From NCBI GenBank assembly GCA_963924565.1, contig OZ004609.1:31806001-31870000 (forward strand): DNA of 64,000 nucleotides, in the 5' to 3' direction. The translations under genes were made by a program, and so were the position numbers. This stretch comes from Ascidiella aspersa. Its lineage: Eukaryota. A model generated the notes under the pieces. It searched no databases. It was not told the DNA's origin and saw only the letters and a list, made by a program, of their open reading frames with translations. Shown here in pieces: positions 49,101-61,313 of this stretch. Within the stretch, counting starts at the first letter, position 1. Every line of letters starts with the position of its first letter.

Positions 49101-52100
49101 TTCTAGTGTTTATTGGATCATTTGCTGTGAAAGAATCACACTGCTCTCCACGTAATCCTCAAACAGAGGAATTTTTTTTCAGCGGAAGCGGTGTTGAAAT
49201 TCGGCGCAAAAAAGTCCGACCAGTGTCAACGTCATTAACATGCCGCCTACAAATTTTCGCGACTTAATTTCGCGCAAAGTCTGGCGGTTTCCCAGAACGG
49301 TGTCGCCTCGCGTATACAGCCCAAAAAATAACCAATATCGTTCACGACAAGTTGTTTGCGCAACGGCGGCGGAGAAAAAACCAGCCGAGCGAGTTTCGGC
49401 TTAATTAGCGTATATCTGCTGTGGTTGCGATCACGTGAAGCTGGCCCGGCGTGCACGCAGCGAGCACGCAGCGAACGCGTGATCGCAGGCGCAGGTGAGG
49501 TTTACGTTGCTTGAGGATGGGTCGAGCTTGGTGCGTTGTCGGCGATTCGGAGACGCACCGGTTAAAGGTCGAACATGATGGCTTCACGATTTTAAGCAGA
49601 TTGTCGGGGAGGATCCCGCGACGCCGGCCGCCAATTAATAACCGGAATGCGAAGTTTGGTCGGATTGAGTTAAAAACGAACGGGCTGACGGTTTCGGAGG
49701 TTTGTGTCGGAATGCGGAAACGCTTTTTTTCTGCTGTGTTTTTGATCCAATTTTTTTTTTTTTTTGTGGTCGTTTTTTAAATAGGCATGAAATGCTGTTT
49801 TTATAAAATAAATTTTATTGCTGCCACTGTGTATAAATTAGCAACATTAATTGCACTTGAATTATTGCATAATTATATGGCTAAGGAAATTTTTATTCCA
49901 AGTTGTCAAAATTGCTCGTTGAAATAAATACCGTCTTCAGGTTCTCGTTTTTTTAATTTTCATTTTAACTTTCCTAATATCAATTAATGGGTATTATTAG
50001 TTTTAAAAAAGTCCAATGACCCCATTTAAGGGATCTCTGGTATAGAGTCAAAATCAATTTATTGTATAATGACAGGTAATGGATTAAAATGATATAATAC
50101 CGCATATAAAAATATAAAAAATGCGATGTGTCGGTATAACTTATAACCGAACCTTAAATCCTACATCACGTTTACGCTCCAATTAGATAATTACAGGCAC
50201 AATGGGCGTAAATTGCCTTCCTACTGTAGAGTTTCAGTGAGAAAGCTTTTAAACTTTGCAATTAAATCGCACAGCCACGAAATCTAAGCTTCTCTACCGC
50301 GCCGTGTAATTGTTTTTAATTTTCCTATTTCAAGTAAAATTGCCTTCGCGTAGGTATTTTCATTATCAAACGTCCCATTCGTCTCAATCGTATACGGGGT
50401 TTGGCGTTTTTATGACGTCCAACGCTTTTTGGGCGCATGGGAGAAATCGTATTGGCGATTGCGCGAAAAAAACTCCGCGCTTCTATTTTGGTGGCTGGGA
50501 TTCTCGTTTTTCCTGACCAGCAGCTATTGAGAAACAGCGATAATTTGATTGCGATAGACCTATCGAATTGATTGATTCCATTACGTATAGTCAGACGTTA
50601 AATATATGCACGTCATATCGATTAATACTTTTTGTTCCCTGCGAATAGTAAACACAGTTAAAAATACCTGCAAAACTTTGGACAATACTTGAAAATTTTA
50701 ACTGACAGCAGATTTACAAAATGTTAGCGTATTATTTTAAATATTTTTAAATTTCTTTTCGGTCAAATCTAACACAATGGTAATATGACCATATTCCTAA
50801 TACATTGAAGCGAACAAACAAAAAAAGAGCCGATAATTATTTATTTAGTATTCATATAAACATTTTACAAACGTTGGTGCATTCAACGGTTTGCGAAAAG
50901 ACGAAAAAATTTTATTACAACATTGGAACAAAAGAAAACTCGAAAATCCATAACAAACACTTCATAATCATTTGTTAGTGTTTTGCTGTAAAGCTCTGCG
51001 GTTGCTTCAAATTTCGGCGAAAAATCGCGCGAAAACGGCGAAACGAAATCAAAACCTCGTTTATTATTGTTTGTAGCCGGCTGACCTTGACTGCGACCTT
51101 GGCGTTAGGTGGCCGGGCTCTCTGCTTTAAGCCGCTTCGCGAGTTCCAAGGTCAATTGTTTGGCATTAGTCCACATTAGCCGCATTAACCGCAGTGGTTT
51201 CGCGTGGTGCAAGAAAATCTTTGTTGCCATTTCTACAATGACACTATGACGTCACACTGCATACTTGCATGTCGCTGCGGAATGTCAACATCGCGAGAAG
51301 ACAATAGCGATTATGACGCAACAGTAATCGGGTGTTTTTTGGCGATCCTCTGTTGGGATTTGCTGGATCGCTTTCAGTGATTGGCGAAAAATTAAGTCGT
51401 TTTTCGTATAGCATTGGGCCACGGATAGCTGGCATTCATTTGGGATTTGGCCGTCTTCAATGACTTAATATTTTATTTTCAATTATATTAAAGCTGGGTG
51501 CAATGCGTTAAACATTGACATCTTAAAAACTATGAAAAGTCGTAGAATTTGTGCGGATACGCAGAGACTAGAATATATATATCAACAACACTGTTGCATA
51601 AAATACTAGTTTCGTGTCCTGCACTAAAGTTATAACATGGACAAACAAGTTTCCTACGAAAATCCCAAAATCTGGGAATTACGTTTTACTTTTCCAGGCA
51701 AAACCTCGACCTTAAATAGCGAAACCGCCATCGATCCAAATTAGGGAAAAAATCATTACTTTTTTTCGTTCAGCTGTTTCTCTCTCGACAAATCACATCA
51801 AAAGGACGACAGGGATAAAAAAACTCGCACGTTTTTGCGCGCCCCTAAACAAAACCCCCTAAAAGTGCGCGATGTTTGAGTGGGAGCCAAGTCGAACTGA
51901 ACCTTAATCGATCACGCTTAATATTCAAGCGCGAAATCGCAACTTAGGCCAGCAGAAAGGTGTATTACGCTTACAAGGTAGGCGTTAATTGCCGACGCTG
52001 GCCCTTTGCAATTATATACGGGAGAGCAATAAACAATCGAACTGGCCCTTTCTTGATACCTCGAGACACCCACGCTATGACGTCACACGCAGTGTATTAC

Positions 52101-54677
52101 GTCTGAAGGTTTCGGACCGGCGTCCGAATTCGCCTTAACCCCCGAGGCCTGTATAAGAAGGAAGGCGCGAGCGCAGATTCGGCGACATTCTTTTTTAGCC
52201 TCGGCGGGCAAGTTCGCTGTCAGACTCTGTGTGACGTAACAAGAGCCGGCTCTGTTCTAAAATCGGCGCTTTTCGTCCGAATTCGGCCCGGGTGATTCAG
52301 TTTTATGAGCAAGTCGAATCGGTTATTGTCAGTCGCGATCAAGGTGGTTATAGGTGACGAGTCGCGCAGTTTTCGTTAGTCAGCGAGCATGGCGGTTTAA
52401 GCTCCAGTTCAGCATCACGGGGTTTTTAGTTGGAAATGAACATACAGGATTTAGCCCGTCAGCATTAAATTATAATATTATTGATTAATCAAGTTGCAAT
52501 AAGCGTCGTTCTTGCAAGGTGTTCTGCTTGGTATATCGGAAAATTTGGCTAAAATTGTAGCTCAAAACGAAGCAAAAATTTTAAAAAGGTTTAAAACAAC
52601 TTAATTAAATAAAGAATATTGCAGTTACGCTAACAACAGCATCATGTATATTGGAGTTAGTACAATTGTGAGTGTTTTGGTTCGTTCATAGATTTTATGA
52701 GATAATAGTAAAGTTAATTGGAAATGTAGTTGTTTTTTTAATGTTAGCTTAAAACAACGCAGTAGGCTACTGACTATGCTCGCTGACTTTCGGTGCACTT
52801 ATATATATTATATGAGAGTTATAATACTTCCAGCAGGATTAATTTCGTTAGTTAATGATAAGCTGAATATTATTAAAATTAAGTAAGGGTTATTGTCGAC
52901 AGCGGCATACACGTGTCGAAATGTTGCCCTGGTGCTTTTATTCGCTGCCGATATTCCGTGATTGGCATGTACAAAGTAGCAGGGTACGTGTACGTATGTG
53001 TACATGTATACAATGCATACCACCGCACGCATGAAAAAAGCCTGCCGTGTTATCCGATGTTTGTAGTCGAAGGACCTTAGTGTATTGCATTCGTTACCTC
53101 TCTTTCTATCTCTTCGGCCCTGCACCCGTCCCCCTAGGCGGCTTTCACATTCCTGGCGAAGCTGTTTCCCGCCAGTAAACCATAACATGGTCGTTGCCGC
53201 TTTCGTCGGCGCACAGTGTTCTACGCGGACGCAGTATACAAGCAATATAACGTGCAGTTGTAAATGCCTGCTACGCTCAAAGCCGAGCGTTGTGTGTTTC
53301 ACAAAGGTTCGCTTCGCATTGGATTGAGCGCTAGATAAATGGTGGTTAGGGTTGGTGTCGGTTTAAGGCAGTCGAAGTTTAGTAATAGTTGTATAATGTT
53401 AAGAGAAGTCCATAGCTACGTCGTGGAAATCAAACCCTTTTTGAAGACAGCGTAATTTGCTTAGCTCTTCTTGTTTGTTAAACAGCTTATAGTGGATGCT
53501 TTTAAACAACTCTATTTGGTCCCAAATTCTAAATTATTAACATATCTTGTAAATGAAAGACTATACATTTGCCAGGAAGTATTTTTTTTACAAACACGAC
53601 ACTTATTGTTTTCTTAGCATAATCAATTGTAAGTTCAAATTAGTACTTTCATGACGGCATGGTACCCTGGTTTAGCTTTAGATCAAATAGGGTTGATTTT
53701 TTTTAAGTCGAACTATTGCAAACAAAGGTTTCTGGCGTTTTATGTAATACCATTCTGCTGCATATGGCTAGTTTATAAGAATAGCAAAGTGTACATGAAA
53801 AAGTAAATGTCATCTAAAAATGTTCGCTAATCTCGATGAGACGCGGGACTTTTTAGTCTGTCGCGTCGGCGAGTGACGATGTGTTGGGAAGATTACGTCT
53901 CATTCGTAAAGCGTGGGCTAACCGGTTATTAGGTGCGTTAGTAGAGGCTATGAGTAAACCTAGACTTTATTAAACAGTCCACGGTAATTGTCGGCAAATT
54001 GGTGCCTGTTTATTTGTGTGTGAGAGGTGGTGTATATTGACGACAGAGGTAATGTTAATAACCAGGACCTGTTAATTGTAGGATGCGTAGCGGTAAATAA
54101 CTGTTGACGTACTGCGTGGGAAAAGTTTACTTTTTTGCGTGACATGCTACGTTTATGAGTTGTACGTCATGCGTTTTGCGTGTAACGTTATCGGAAAACG
54201 GCAAAAGGTCTGGGTATAACAAGTTCTAGCACTTAAAACGCTTTGATTCGTCTAGATATATTTTATATGTGTTTAACTTTAAAACTTTACACTTGGTTAT
54301 CAACATCCAATACTGCTGGATCGGCGAACAAACTAATTATGCCCCTTCATTTGCTGAAACTTTGAATGTTTATGTCTGCCTCTTTCAGTGTTTGACACAT
54401 TTCAACTTACAACTTGCGATGGCTTAATGATATTTCAAATTGTGTCAGTGAGTGTCGAAAAACTAACGTGCCTCTTTATTTTTGCAGATAATCCGGTGAA
54501 ATAACTGTCACGTGGTCTTAACACCTGCACGACGACAGTTTCAAAGGTTTTTGAAAAACAACAGCAACAACAAACCAACAGCAACTAACCGAGCCTGTTT
54601 TGAGACAGGCCTAACCCCCCTTAAAGAGAGATAAAGAGAAGCACCAGTTGTTAAGTTTAATTTCAAACAATAACAAC

Positions 54678-55556
54678 ATGAAGCCGCCGAAGAACGTCCG
54701 GAAAGCGATGCGTTCCTTCCTGGGCGTGAAAAAACGCGACACATCGCAAAGAGTGGACCGCGACGTGCCGGTCAACTACAGATCGACCTTGCAAAAGAGT
54801 TCGAAAAAGTTCGGCAGCGTCGACCACCTGAACCGCAGCACTTTGCCTGCCAGGTTCGCCCCGACACAAGAACACGAGCAGTTTGAGGTGCAGAGCCAAA
54901 GCGGCAGTCTCGGACGTCGCTCCATGTCCGTACCTCCGGGAGGACGCAACAGGATTGACAACTGGGAACGGGATTATGATGAGGAGGAACGTATGTTTCC
55001 CAACTCTGAAAGAGGCTCGCCGGAGAACGGCATGCGACGAACCGCGTCCACAAATTTCCAGCAGCAGCAGCAGCCGACGATTCGACGCTCTCAGTCGCTT
55101 GCCGGGTATCACTCAGGGCACCGATTAAGAGCCTCACAGTCGATGGTTACATTGCGGGATAGCGGTCTGGATAAGTTCTCCAGGAACGAAAAGGACTCTT
55201 TCCGTGATTCGGGCGCCTTTGACATGTACGTAAACGACGACTTCCAGCCGCTCGACCAATCGCGCGCCGCCACGTTGCCGTCGCGCATGAACGAGCTCGC
55301 GGCGTCACGTTCGAACGCTTCGTCCAGGACACTCCCGCGTTCGGCGTCGTTCTCTAACTTCGCCAACAGCCAATCAGAGGCCAGGAGCCTGCGGACGACC
55401 AGTCATGCGTCACACGCCAGTGAGCGGCTGATGTCATGCATGAGCGCGCTCGATCACCTCGAGAAGAAGCTCCGGAACGTCACGCAAGTCAACGCCAAGG
55501 TTGACCGCTTCCGCGAGATGACCGAGGACTTCGAAAATGTCCGTCTGTCGTCACAG
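54678..55556 (+). CDS. Uncharacterised disordered protein, coding exon 1 (293 aa)
   Basis: Acceptor tttttgcag| at 54487; first ATG of the exon at 54678 (AACATG); long GC-rich ORF; donor CAG|GTATGC, phase 0. Ends in an amphipathic or coiled-coil-like helix (ERLMSCMSALDHLEKKLRNV...). Confidence 0.88.
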
Positions 55557-55783
55557 GTATGCAGAAATGATCAATAATCAAATAAAATTTAAATGAAGAA
55601 TTCAGCACTTACGAGTGTGTACACCATTCGGGGACAAATTAATAAGGAATTAATCCTTTCTTTACATGGTTAATTAGCAAAAAAGCCAATGACAGTGTAT
55701 TAACATATTTGTTTGGATCACTGGTAAATAATCAAGAGAAGTGATTTTATTGCTTAAACAAAAATTTATTATATACAGGCAAT

Positions 55784-56059
55784 AGATAATAATTTGGAAC
55801 ACTATATACGGATCTGTTCATAAGTTTAATGGTGAAAATAACGGCCCAAATAGAAGTTAATTTCGTAGCTTCTTCTTCATTACAATACCGTAATGGTTGC
55901 CTATATACTTTGGAACACTATATACGGATCTGTTCATGAGTTTAATGGTGAATTTGGGCCGTTATTTTCACCATTAAACTTATGAACAGATCCGTATATA
56001 GTGTTCCAAAGTTTATAGGCAACCATTACGGTATTGTAATGAAGAAGAAGATAATAATT
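55784..56059. repeat. Fold-back insertion (direct and inverted copies of a roughly 100-bp unit) flanked by an 11-bp direct repeat
   Basis: Blocks B-C (55793-55851), A-B (55869-55952), then C'-B'-A' reversed (about 55952-56050) ending in GAAGAAGAAG; AGATAATAATT at 55784-55794 and 56049-56059. Confidence 0.88.
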
Positions 56060-56249
56060 GATTCGGTTAAAAGGGAAATCAATTTCCATTGGTATTTGAC
56101 TATTTGCATCAAAAGTGATTGAAAGAACAGGTTAAATTGTATTGGTATGAAAAAAAGGTATTGGGTAAAAAGGGTTTACAAGTTTTAACCTCTATACCAA
56201 GATGCCTTTTTTCAACTGTAACTAAACCTTTGTTTTTCCACTTATGCAG

Positions 56250-57491
56250 CGAAACTCGCCCGACCCAGTCTCTGACTGGCGTATCGGCGGCGACGAAATC
56301 AACCAATCAGAGGGCGCGTTTGCGTCACGTGACCGTCGCAGGAGCGCGGAGAGCTCGAGCACCGACAGCGGGATCACTTCGAACGAGTGGGGCAGCAACA
56401 ACCACGAGAACCCCACTTCGCGACCCAGGAGGGTTCGGCCCCAGCACACGCAGGCGTCCCCGACACATAGATGGCACGACACCCTGGAACCGCGTCACAG
56501 GCGCCATTTGAGGTCGGACAGTCTTAGCAGCGGGTATTCGAGCAGCAGCAGTGGGGGTCCCCAAACCCAACAGCCCCGTGGCCCAGCTGTACCCCCGCAG
56601 CATTACCCCCAAGCGCACCCAGCAGGGTACTTTAACGATCAAGATAGCGTAATGTCGGTTTACTCGATGAACGGCGGCAATCAGTACCCAATGTATGACT
56701 ACTCGCACCAGCAGCAGTATTCGGGCGGGTACGAGCAAGAGAACCCGTACGGGTACGGTGAGTACGCCTACCCGCCTTCCAGCGTTTACGAGGAAGACCT
56801 TCACCAGCAGAACGGATGGTTTTACCTGCCCCAGTACCCACAAGCCAACCAGGACTACTACCAGGCCAACCCCGATCCATACGGCATGGCAATGCACGGC
56901 ACCTACCCATACTACCACACCGAGACCATGGCCAGTGGTCAGGCGCCGCCGTCGTCGGCCGACTGGGGCGGTTCCCGGTACGGCGCCCTCAATGACACCT
57001 TCCTGGACGCCTCGTCGATAGGGGCCTCCCCTCTGGTGCAGGCCATCCGGAGTACGTGCGCCGAAACGGCCAGCGTTGCCGGATCTAGTGTTTCATCATC
57101 GTCCAAGCCCGATATAAAGAAGTACGGTTCGTTCCGCTACCGCAACGGCCAGAAAACGGTTTTGGTGCCTGAAACGCGACGTCGCAAGACCGTACGCTTC
57201 TCCAAGACCGTAAACCAGCGTGTTGAGCACTGCGACAGCGAAGTTGAGGACTCGACGCCAGCCATGAAGGGTTGTACGGGTGAGGACAGCAGTTGTTACG
57301 ACGTACCTAGTGCCTGGACATCACAGCAGCCCGCTGTCTCTGAGGCCGACCAGCCTATAGCGGCTGCAGTCAGCGAACCGATTTACGAGTTCCCAACCGG
57401 GCACATCGAGAACTCGTGCATGTGCACCGATTGTAAACTCGCCCGCAGCAGCTGTAAGCTGCAGACCCCATCGCAGTACGCTTACTATTGA
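56250..57491 (+). CDS. Uncharacterised disordered protein, coding exon 2 (413 aa plus stop; whole protein 706 aa)
   Basis: tgtttttccacttatgcag|CGA, phase 0, matching the upstream donor; strongly C/G-biased third codon positions; Ser-rich and Tyr/Gln/Pro-rich segments; TGA at 57489-57491. Confidence 0.9.
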   Translation, partial: RNSPDPVSDWRIGGDEINQSEGAFASRDRRRSAESSSTDSGITSNEWGSNNHENPTSRPRRVRPQHTQASPTHRWHDTLEPRHRRHLRSDSLSSGYSSSSSGGPQTQQPRGPAVPPQHYPQAHPAGYFNDQDSVMSVYSMNGGNQYPMYDYSHQQQYSGGYEQENPYGYGEYAYPPSSVYEEDLHQQNGWFYLPQYPQANQDYYQANPDPYGMAMHGTYPYYHTETMASGQAPPSSADWGGSRYGALNDTFLDASSIGASPLVQAIRSTCAETASVAGSSVSSSSKPDIKKYGSFRYRNGQKTVLVPETRRRKTVRFSKTVNQRVEHCDSEVEDSTPAMKGCTGEDSSCYDVPSAWTSQQPAVSEADQPIAAAVSEPIYEFPTGHIENSCMCTDCKLARSSCKLQTPSQYAYY

Positions 57492-57517
57492 ATTCAGCGC
57501 AAGCGCGCCCTCAAACG

Positions 57518-57568
57518 TAGGGCTGTCAATCCCAAGGTCGCGGGTTCGAGGCCCATATCGGGTGAAAT
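57518..57568 (+). mobile_element. tRNA-derived SINE or tRNA 3'-half remnant
   Basis: GGGCTGTCAATCCC-AAGGTCGCGGGTTCGAGGCCC resembles an anticodon arm, variable loop and B box; no D arm or acceptor stem. Similar B-box fragments lie near 19590-19615 (-) and 61755-61785 (+). Confidence 0.45.
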
Positions 57569-57614
57569 CTTTTGCTAAAATGTTCGAGGAATGTTGGAAT
57601 GGAGCATAATTGCG

Positions 57615-57806
57615 AAGCCAGTTTACGCGGACAACTTGAACAGTGGCTGAAGTTTTTAAACCAAGGCATTAATCTTCGACCGTATAATTAAAAAAGTTTA
57701 TACTTATCGAATTTTTAAAAAGGCCAACTCCATTTTGGGGTAAGGTGCTTAACACTAATATCATAAAACGAGTAAGTCACTTCCAGGCAACCGCGCAAAC
57801 TGGCTT
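57615..57806. repeat. Short element with imperfect terminal inverted repeats in the 3' UTR
   Basis: AAGCCAGTTTACGCGG (57615) versus CCGCGCAAACTGGCTT (57791-57806), 15/16 complementary, with weaker pairing continuing inward. Confidence 0.55.
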
Positions 57807-57816
57807 TGTACCCCCA

Positions 57817-57822
57817 AATAAA
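57817..57822 (+). terminator. Candidate polyadenylation signal of the plus-strand gene
   Basis: First AATAAA I see after the stop, about 325 nt downstream, with TG/T-rich sequence further on. Confidence 0.3.
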
Positions 57823-60259
57823 CTCGCAATTTGCACCACATTTGCAAATTTACAAAAAAGCAATTTTGCAAATTTACAAAAGACTTGTTATGTTCTGCTG
57901 TGTTATGTCCTTTGATAAAAGGCAATAGTTTTTATGATGACTGATTTGTTGGTGTCACCTTATTTCGTTTCGTGTCTTGGCGGTGTCATCGTAGTATTTA
58001 CTCTATTGTTGCATTTATTATTTTTTTGGTTTCAAAACAGCGCTATATATTGCAAAGTTTTCTATCGTATCTTTTCTACCGCTAACGTAACCCTTAATTA
58101 TTAATAACTTCGCCTCTCTGGCCCCTCTTGGCGGCGGCGCCTTCATTCTGCTTGGGTGTCTTTTGCGTTTCTTCTTAATTCCTTTGCAAAAACTCAACAA
58201 AAAATTCTTCTAGCGTCGCTTCAGATGCAAAAAGCACCTAAAAGCACTTTTTTATTGCGTTTTTGCTTTACCTACCCTAATTAATGACGCGTTTCGTCTT
58301 CATTTATAACATCGCGCCTCTAAATTTGCAATATTTTGCTCAACACTTTACATTTTCCGATAATTGAAACTACACAAATTTCGATTTCTATCCTAGCATC
58401 GCAATTCCATCTGGCCCGACGACTTTGTTTTGGGAATCTCCACGCCGTGAAATTAAGCCACTTTGAAAACACGTCGATTTATTGGCGTTAATAGCGCGCG
58501 GCGTAATTAAGTCGGGCGCACTTATGGGAAGCGTTCGAAAAGCATTTTCACAAGGAAGAAAGAGGCCATAAAAGGCACAAGGTCGGCCAACTTGCGTCAG
58601 ATGTTGATTGTGACCCTTGGGCGTTATTTCGTATTGTTTTGGCCTGTAGAAGCGTTAACGACCGTGACTTTTGGCACACGGCAAATGAGACATTTTAAAA
58701 CCCGTTTGTTACCAAAATCAAAAAACAAATTAAAACTTCAAAGAACAAATTTAGCAAAGGCTTATTCAGTATTTGTTTAATTTCAAACTCCCACAGTAAA
58801 AATTGTCGTTAACAACTTCTTGATTAGTCCCTTTAAATCAACGTTCAGTTTAAAACATCTTAAAACATTCTTTTTAGAACTTTCTTCATGTCTCGCCATT
58901 CAGATGTTGTTGGATATATTAAAACGCCATTTTCGAGATAATCATCGTCTCTTTTAAAGCGTTTTGAAACACACATGATCGAAAAACCTTTCGTAACTGC
59001 CGCCGGCGTTTGGCTCTATCCGAAAACACTTTCTTTGTGTGTCATGCTTACACCGCACAGCTTGACAAATATATGTGCCCTTTAAAGGTGGATGTAAAAC
59101 GTTAATTTCGCTAACTTTACACGTTGCGTGGTTACCGGTGATAAATTAACCATTGGCTGTTGATCCGGTGATTTTTGGTATTTCTGGATTATCTTGTCTT
59201 AGTCGCAAACCTGAGTCACAATACCACGATTAATCTATACGATGGCATTCAGTGCACATGACGTTTAATTTACATTAAAGTTTTTCACAATTCTCTAGTA
59301 TCGTTTGCACCTTTCTTTTTTTCTTTTTCGCAAATTAAAAATCAATTTTTACACAAGTAAGTCTCGCTATGCACTTAAAAGGCGACAAGAAGCAATAATA
59401 ATTTATTCTAAAAATAGTGTGCCTTTCGAAGTTTCAAAATCGGCTGCCCGCCATCACATGAGTGAGTGTCTTGTTCGTTTTCGCCTTTTTTGTTTGAAAA
59501 TAGATTCTCCTGTTTTTGTGATGTTCCTGTTCGCGCAGCACACTGTCCTTATAACCCGCTAAACGTAAAACATGTGCACGACAATTTTGACTTGGCAATA
59601 TCATACACGTTTATAATTTGAACGCATGAAAATTTTCGCAAGGATGGAACTATTTTTCGAACTGGCCAGAAATAAAAATCCCAAGATTAAGAAAAGTGTG
59701 TTGAACGCTAAAGGCAGAAAAAACGCTAAAATAGCTGCTAGAGGAAAAAGGATGACAAAACTTACATTTATATGCAATTAGCTAACATTAAAATTTCTGC
59801 CGCTACAGAAAGTAACAATAAAGTATAAAAAATATATATATACATATATATATTTTAGAAAAAAAATAGGAAATCTTTTAGTTTTACGAGGATTTTCAAC
59901 TAAAAACAGTAAAAAAATATTCACGTATAGGTTTGTGTCAGTTTTTTGTTAGTTATTATTTTACTTTTTTCTAAGTTTATGAGCATTTTTGCGTTGTGAC
60001 ATTGTTTGTTTCAAAGCAAGTTCGACATGTAGCAGAAAGTTACACGAAAAGTCGCAAAACCTTTCGCATTTTACCGCACGGATAGGCAAGCATAAAATAT
60101 ATAATTACATTAAACTAATGAAATCATAAAGTAAACATTATTAAAAAAGAAAAGCAGTTCTATAACAGTATACTACAAGATACGCAGAAATGCGTGTATG
60201 ACTCCAAAACCTGTGGAAATAGACCAGGGAATGACTATACTTAAATCATATACCATAAA

Positions 60260-60414
60260 CTACAGCACGTAAACAGATTTGTAAGGAACGGCATTAGAGA
60301 GTCTCTCCAGCACGACATGATTCATGTAATTCTGCTCAGCCTTCGGATTCCAGTCTTTAGCCTCAAAGGGAATTTCCCGTATGGTTTCCATCTCCTTGTT
60401 ACTTTTGCGCCAGT
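60260..60414 (-). CDS. Terminal coding exon of an unidentified minus-strand gene
   Basis: tactttctgtctccag|(D)WRKSNKEMETIREIPFEAKDWNPKAEQNYMNHVVLERLSNAVPYKSVYVL*; strong acceptor; phase 1 matches the donor at 63825; AT-rich UTR-like sequence follows. Below the ORF-track size cut-off. Confidence 0.72.
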
Positions 60415-60897
60415 CTGGAGACAGAAAGTAGACAGAAATATGATGACAAAATTATTCAAGTATATCACCCGGTTCGATTTGTTTTAGACGCTTGTAGCGT
60501 TCAAATTAGGATAATTCGGGGCTTTGTAGCGTCTGTGTTGGCACATGTGTCAGAAATTTTACCCTATAAGAGAAACGTGTTACAACTGAATTCAGGTAAC
60601 CAGCGAATGCGCGGACTAATCATGCATAACGCAACGTTACCAAGAGACGCAGGCTACAGATTTTTTACCTTACAGTTTTGTATTTTATTATAAATGTTTA
60701 TAATTTAACCCGGTAAATAGCAGGTTAAAGACTTTTATCGTTGATAAAGCATTGGTAATTCAACATAAGTAAAATTGGGAATGGCTTTGTTTCTCCGTTT
60801 AGTAGTAAATGTATTTAATATACATGTTTGCTGTACTGGTGAATAACGCTGATCCTGGCTATTAACCTTCATACAGTATATAGTCTTGTATACTTGG

Positions 60898-61302
60898 CAG
60901 GGCTGCGGAGTCGGAGTCGGACTCGGGACTCGGGACTCGAGTAAGACCGCTTAAAACTACACGAGTCCCGAGTCCGACGTGCGCATGCGCTGTATCAATT
61001 TTAAAACTGTTAAGGCGGCAAAATGTTAGTTGTAAAAGTGTAATAGCAAATGTGAAATATTTTTAAACCATGTAATGCGGGTGGATCAATTATGACAGCA
61101 ATATAAGTGGATTGCAGAAAATTCACCTTAATTTAGTTGCGTAAATGGGTAAAATAACTGTAGAGTCAGAGCATCAGGACTTGGGACTCGACAAAATCTT
61201 ACATTTGGCCGGAGTCGGACTCGGGACTCGGGAGTCGGACTCTGGTGTATTTTTTTGGCCGGAGTCGGACTCGGGTTGTTTTTAACCGACTCCGCAGCCC
61301 TG
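60898..61302. mobile_element. hAT-type MITE with GGAGTC/GGACTC subterminal repeats
   Basis: 17-bp perfect TIR CAGGGCTGCGGAGTCGG...CCGACTCCGCAGCCCTG; perfect 8-bp TSD ATACTTGG (60890-60897 and 61303-61310). Confidence 0.93.
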
Positions 61303-61313
61303 ATACTTGGGTG

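Noticed and set aside
54663-57021. Several overlapping minus-strand and alternative-frame ORFs
   Set aside because: Shadows of the two GC-rich coding exons of the plus-strand gene.
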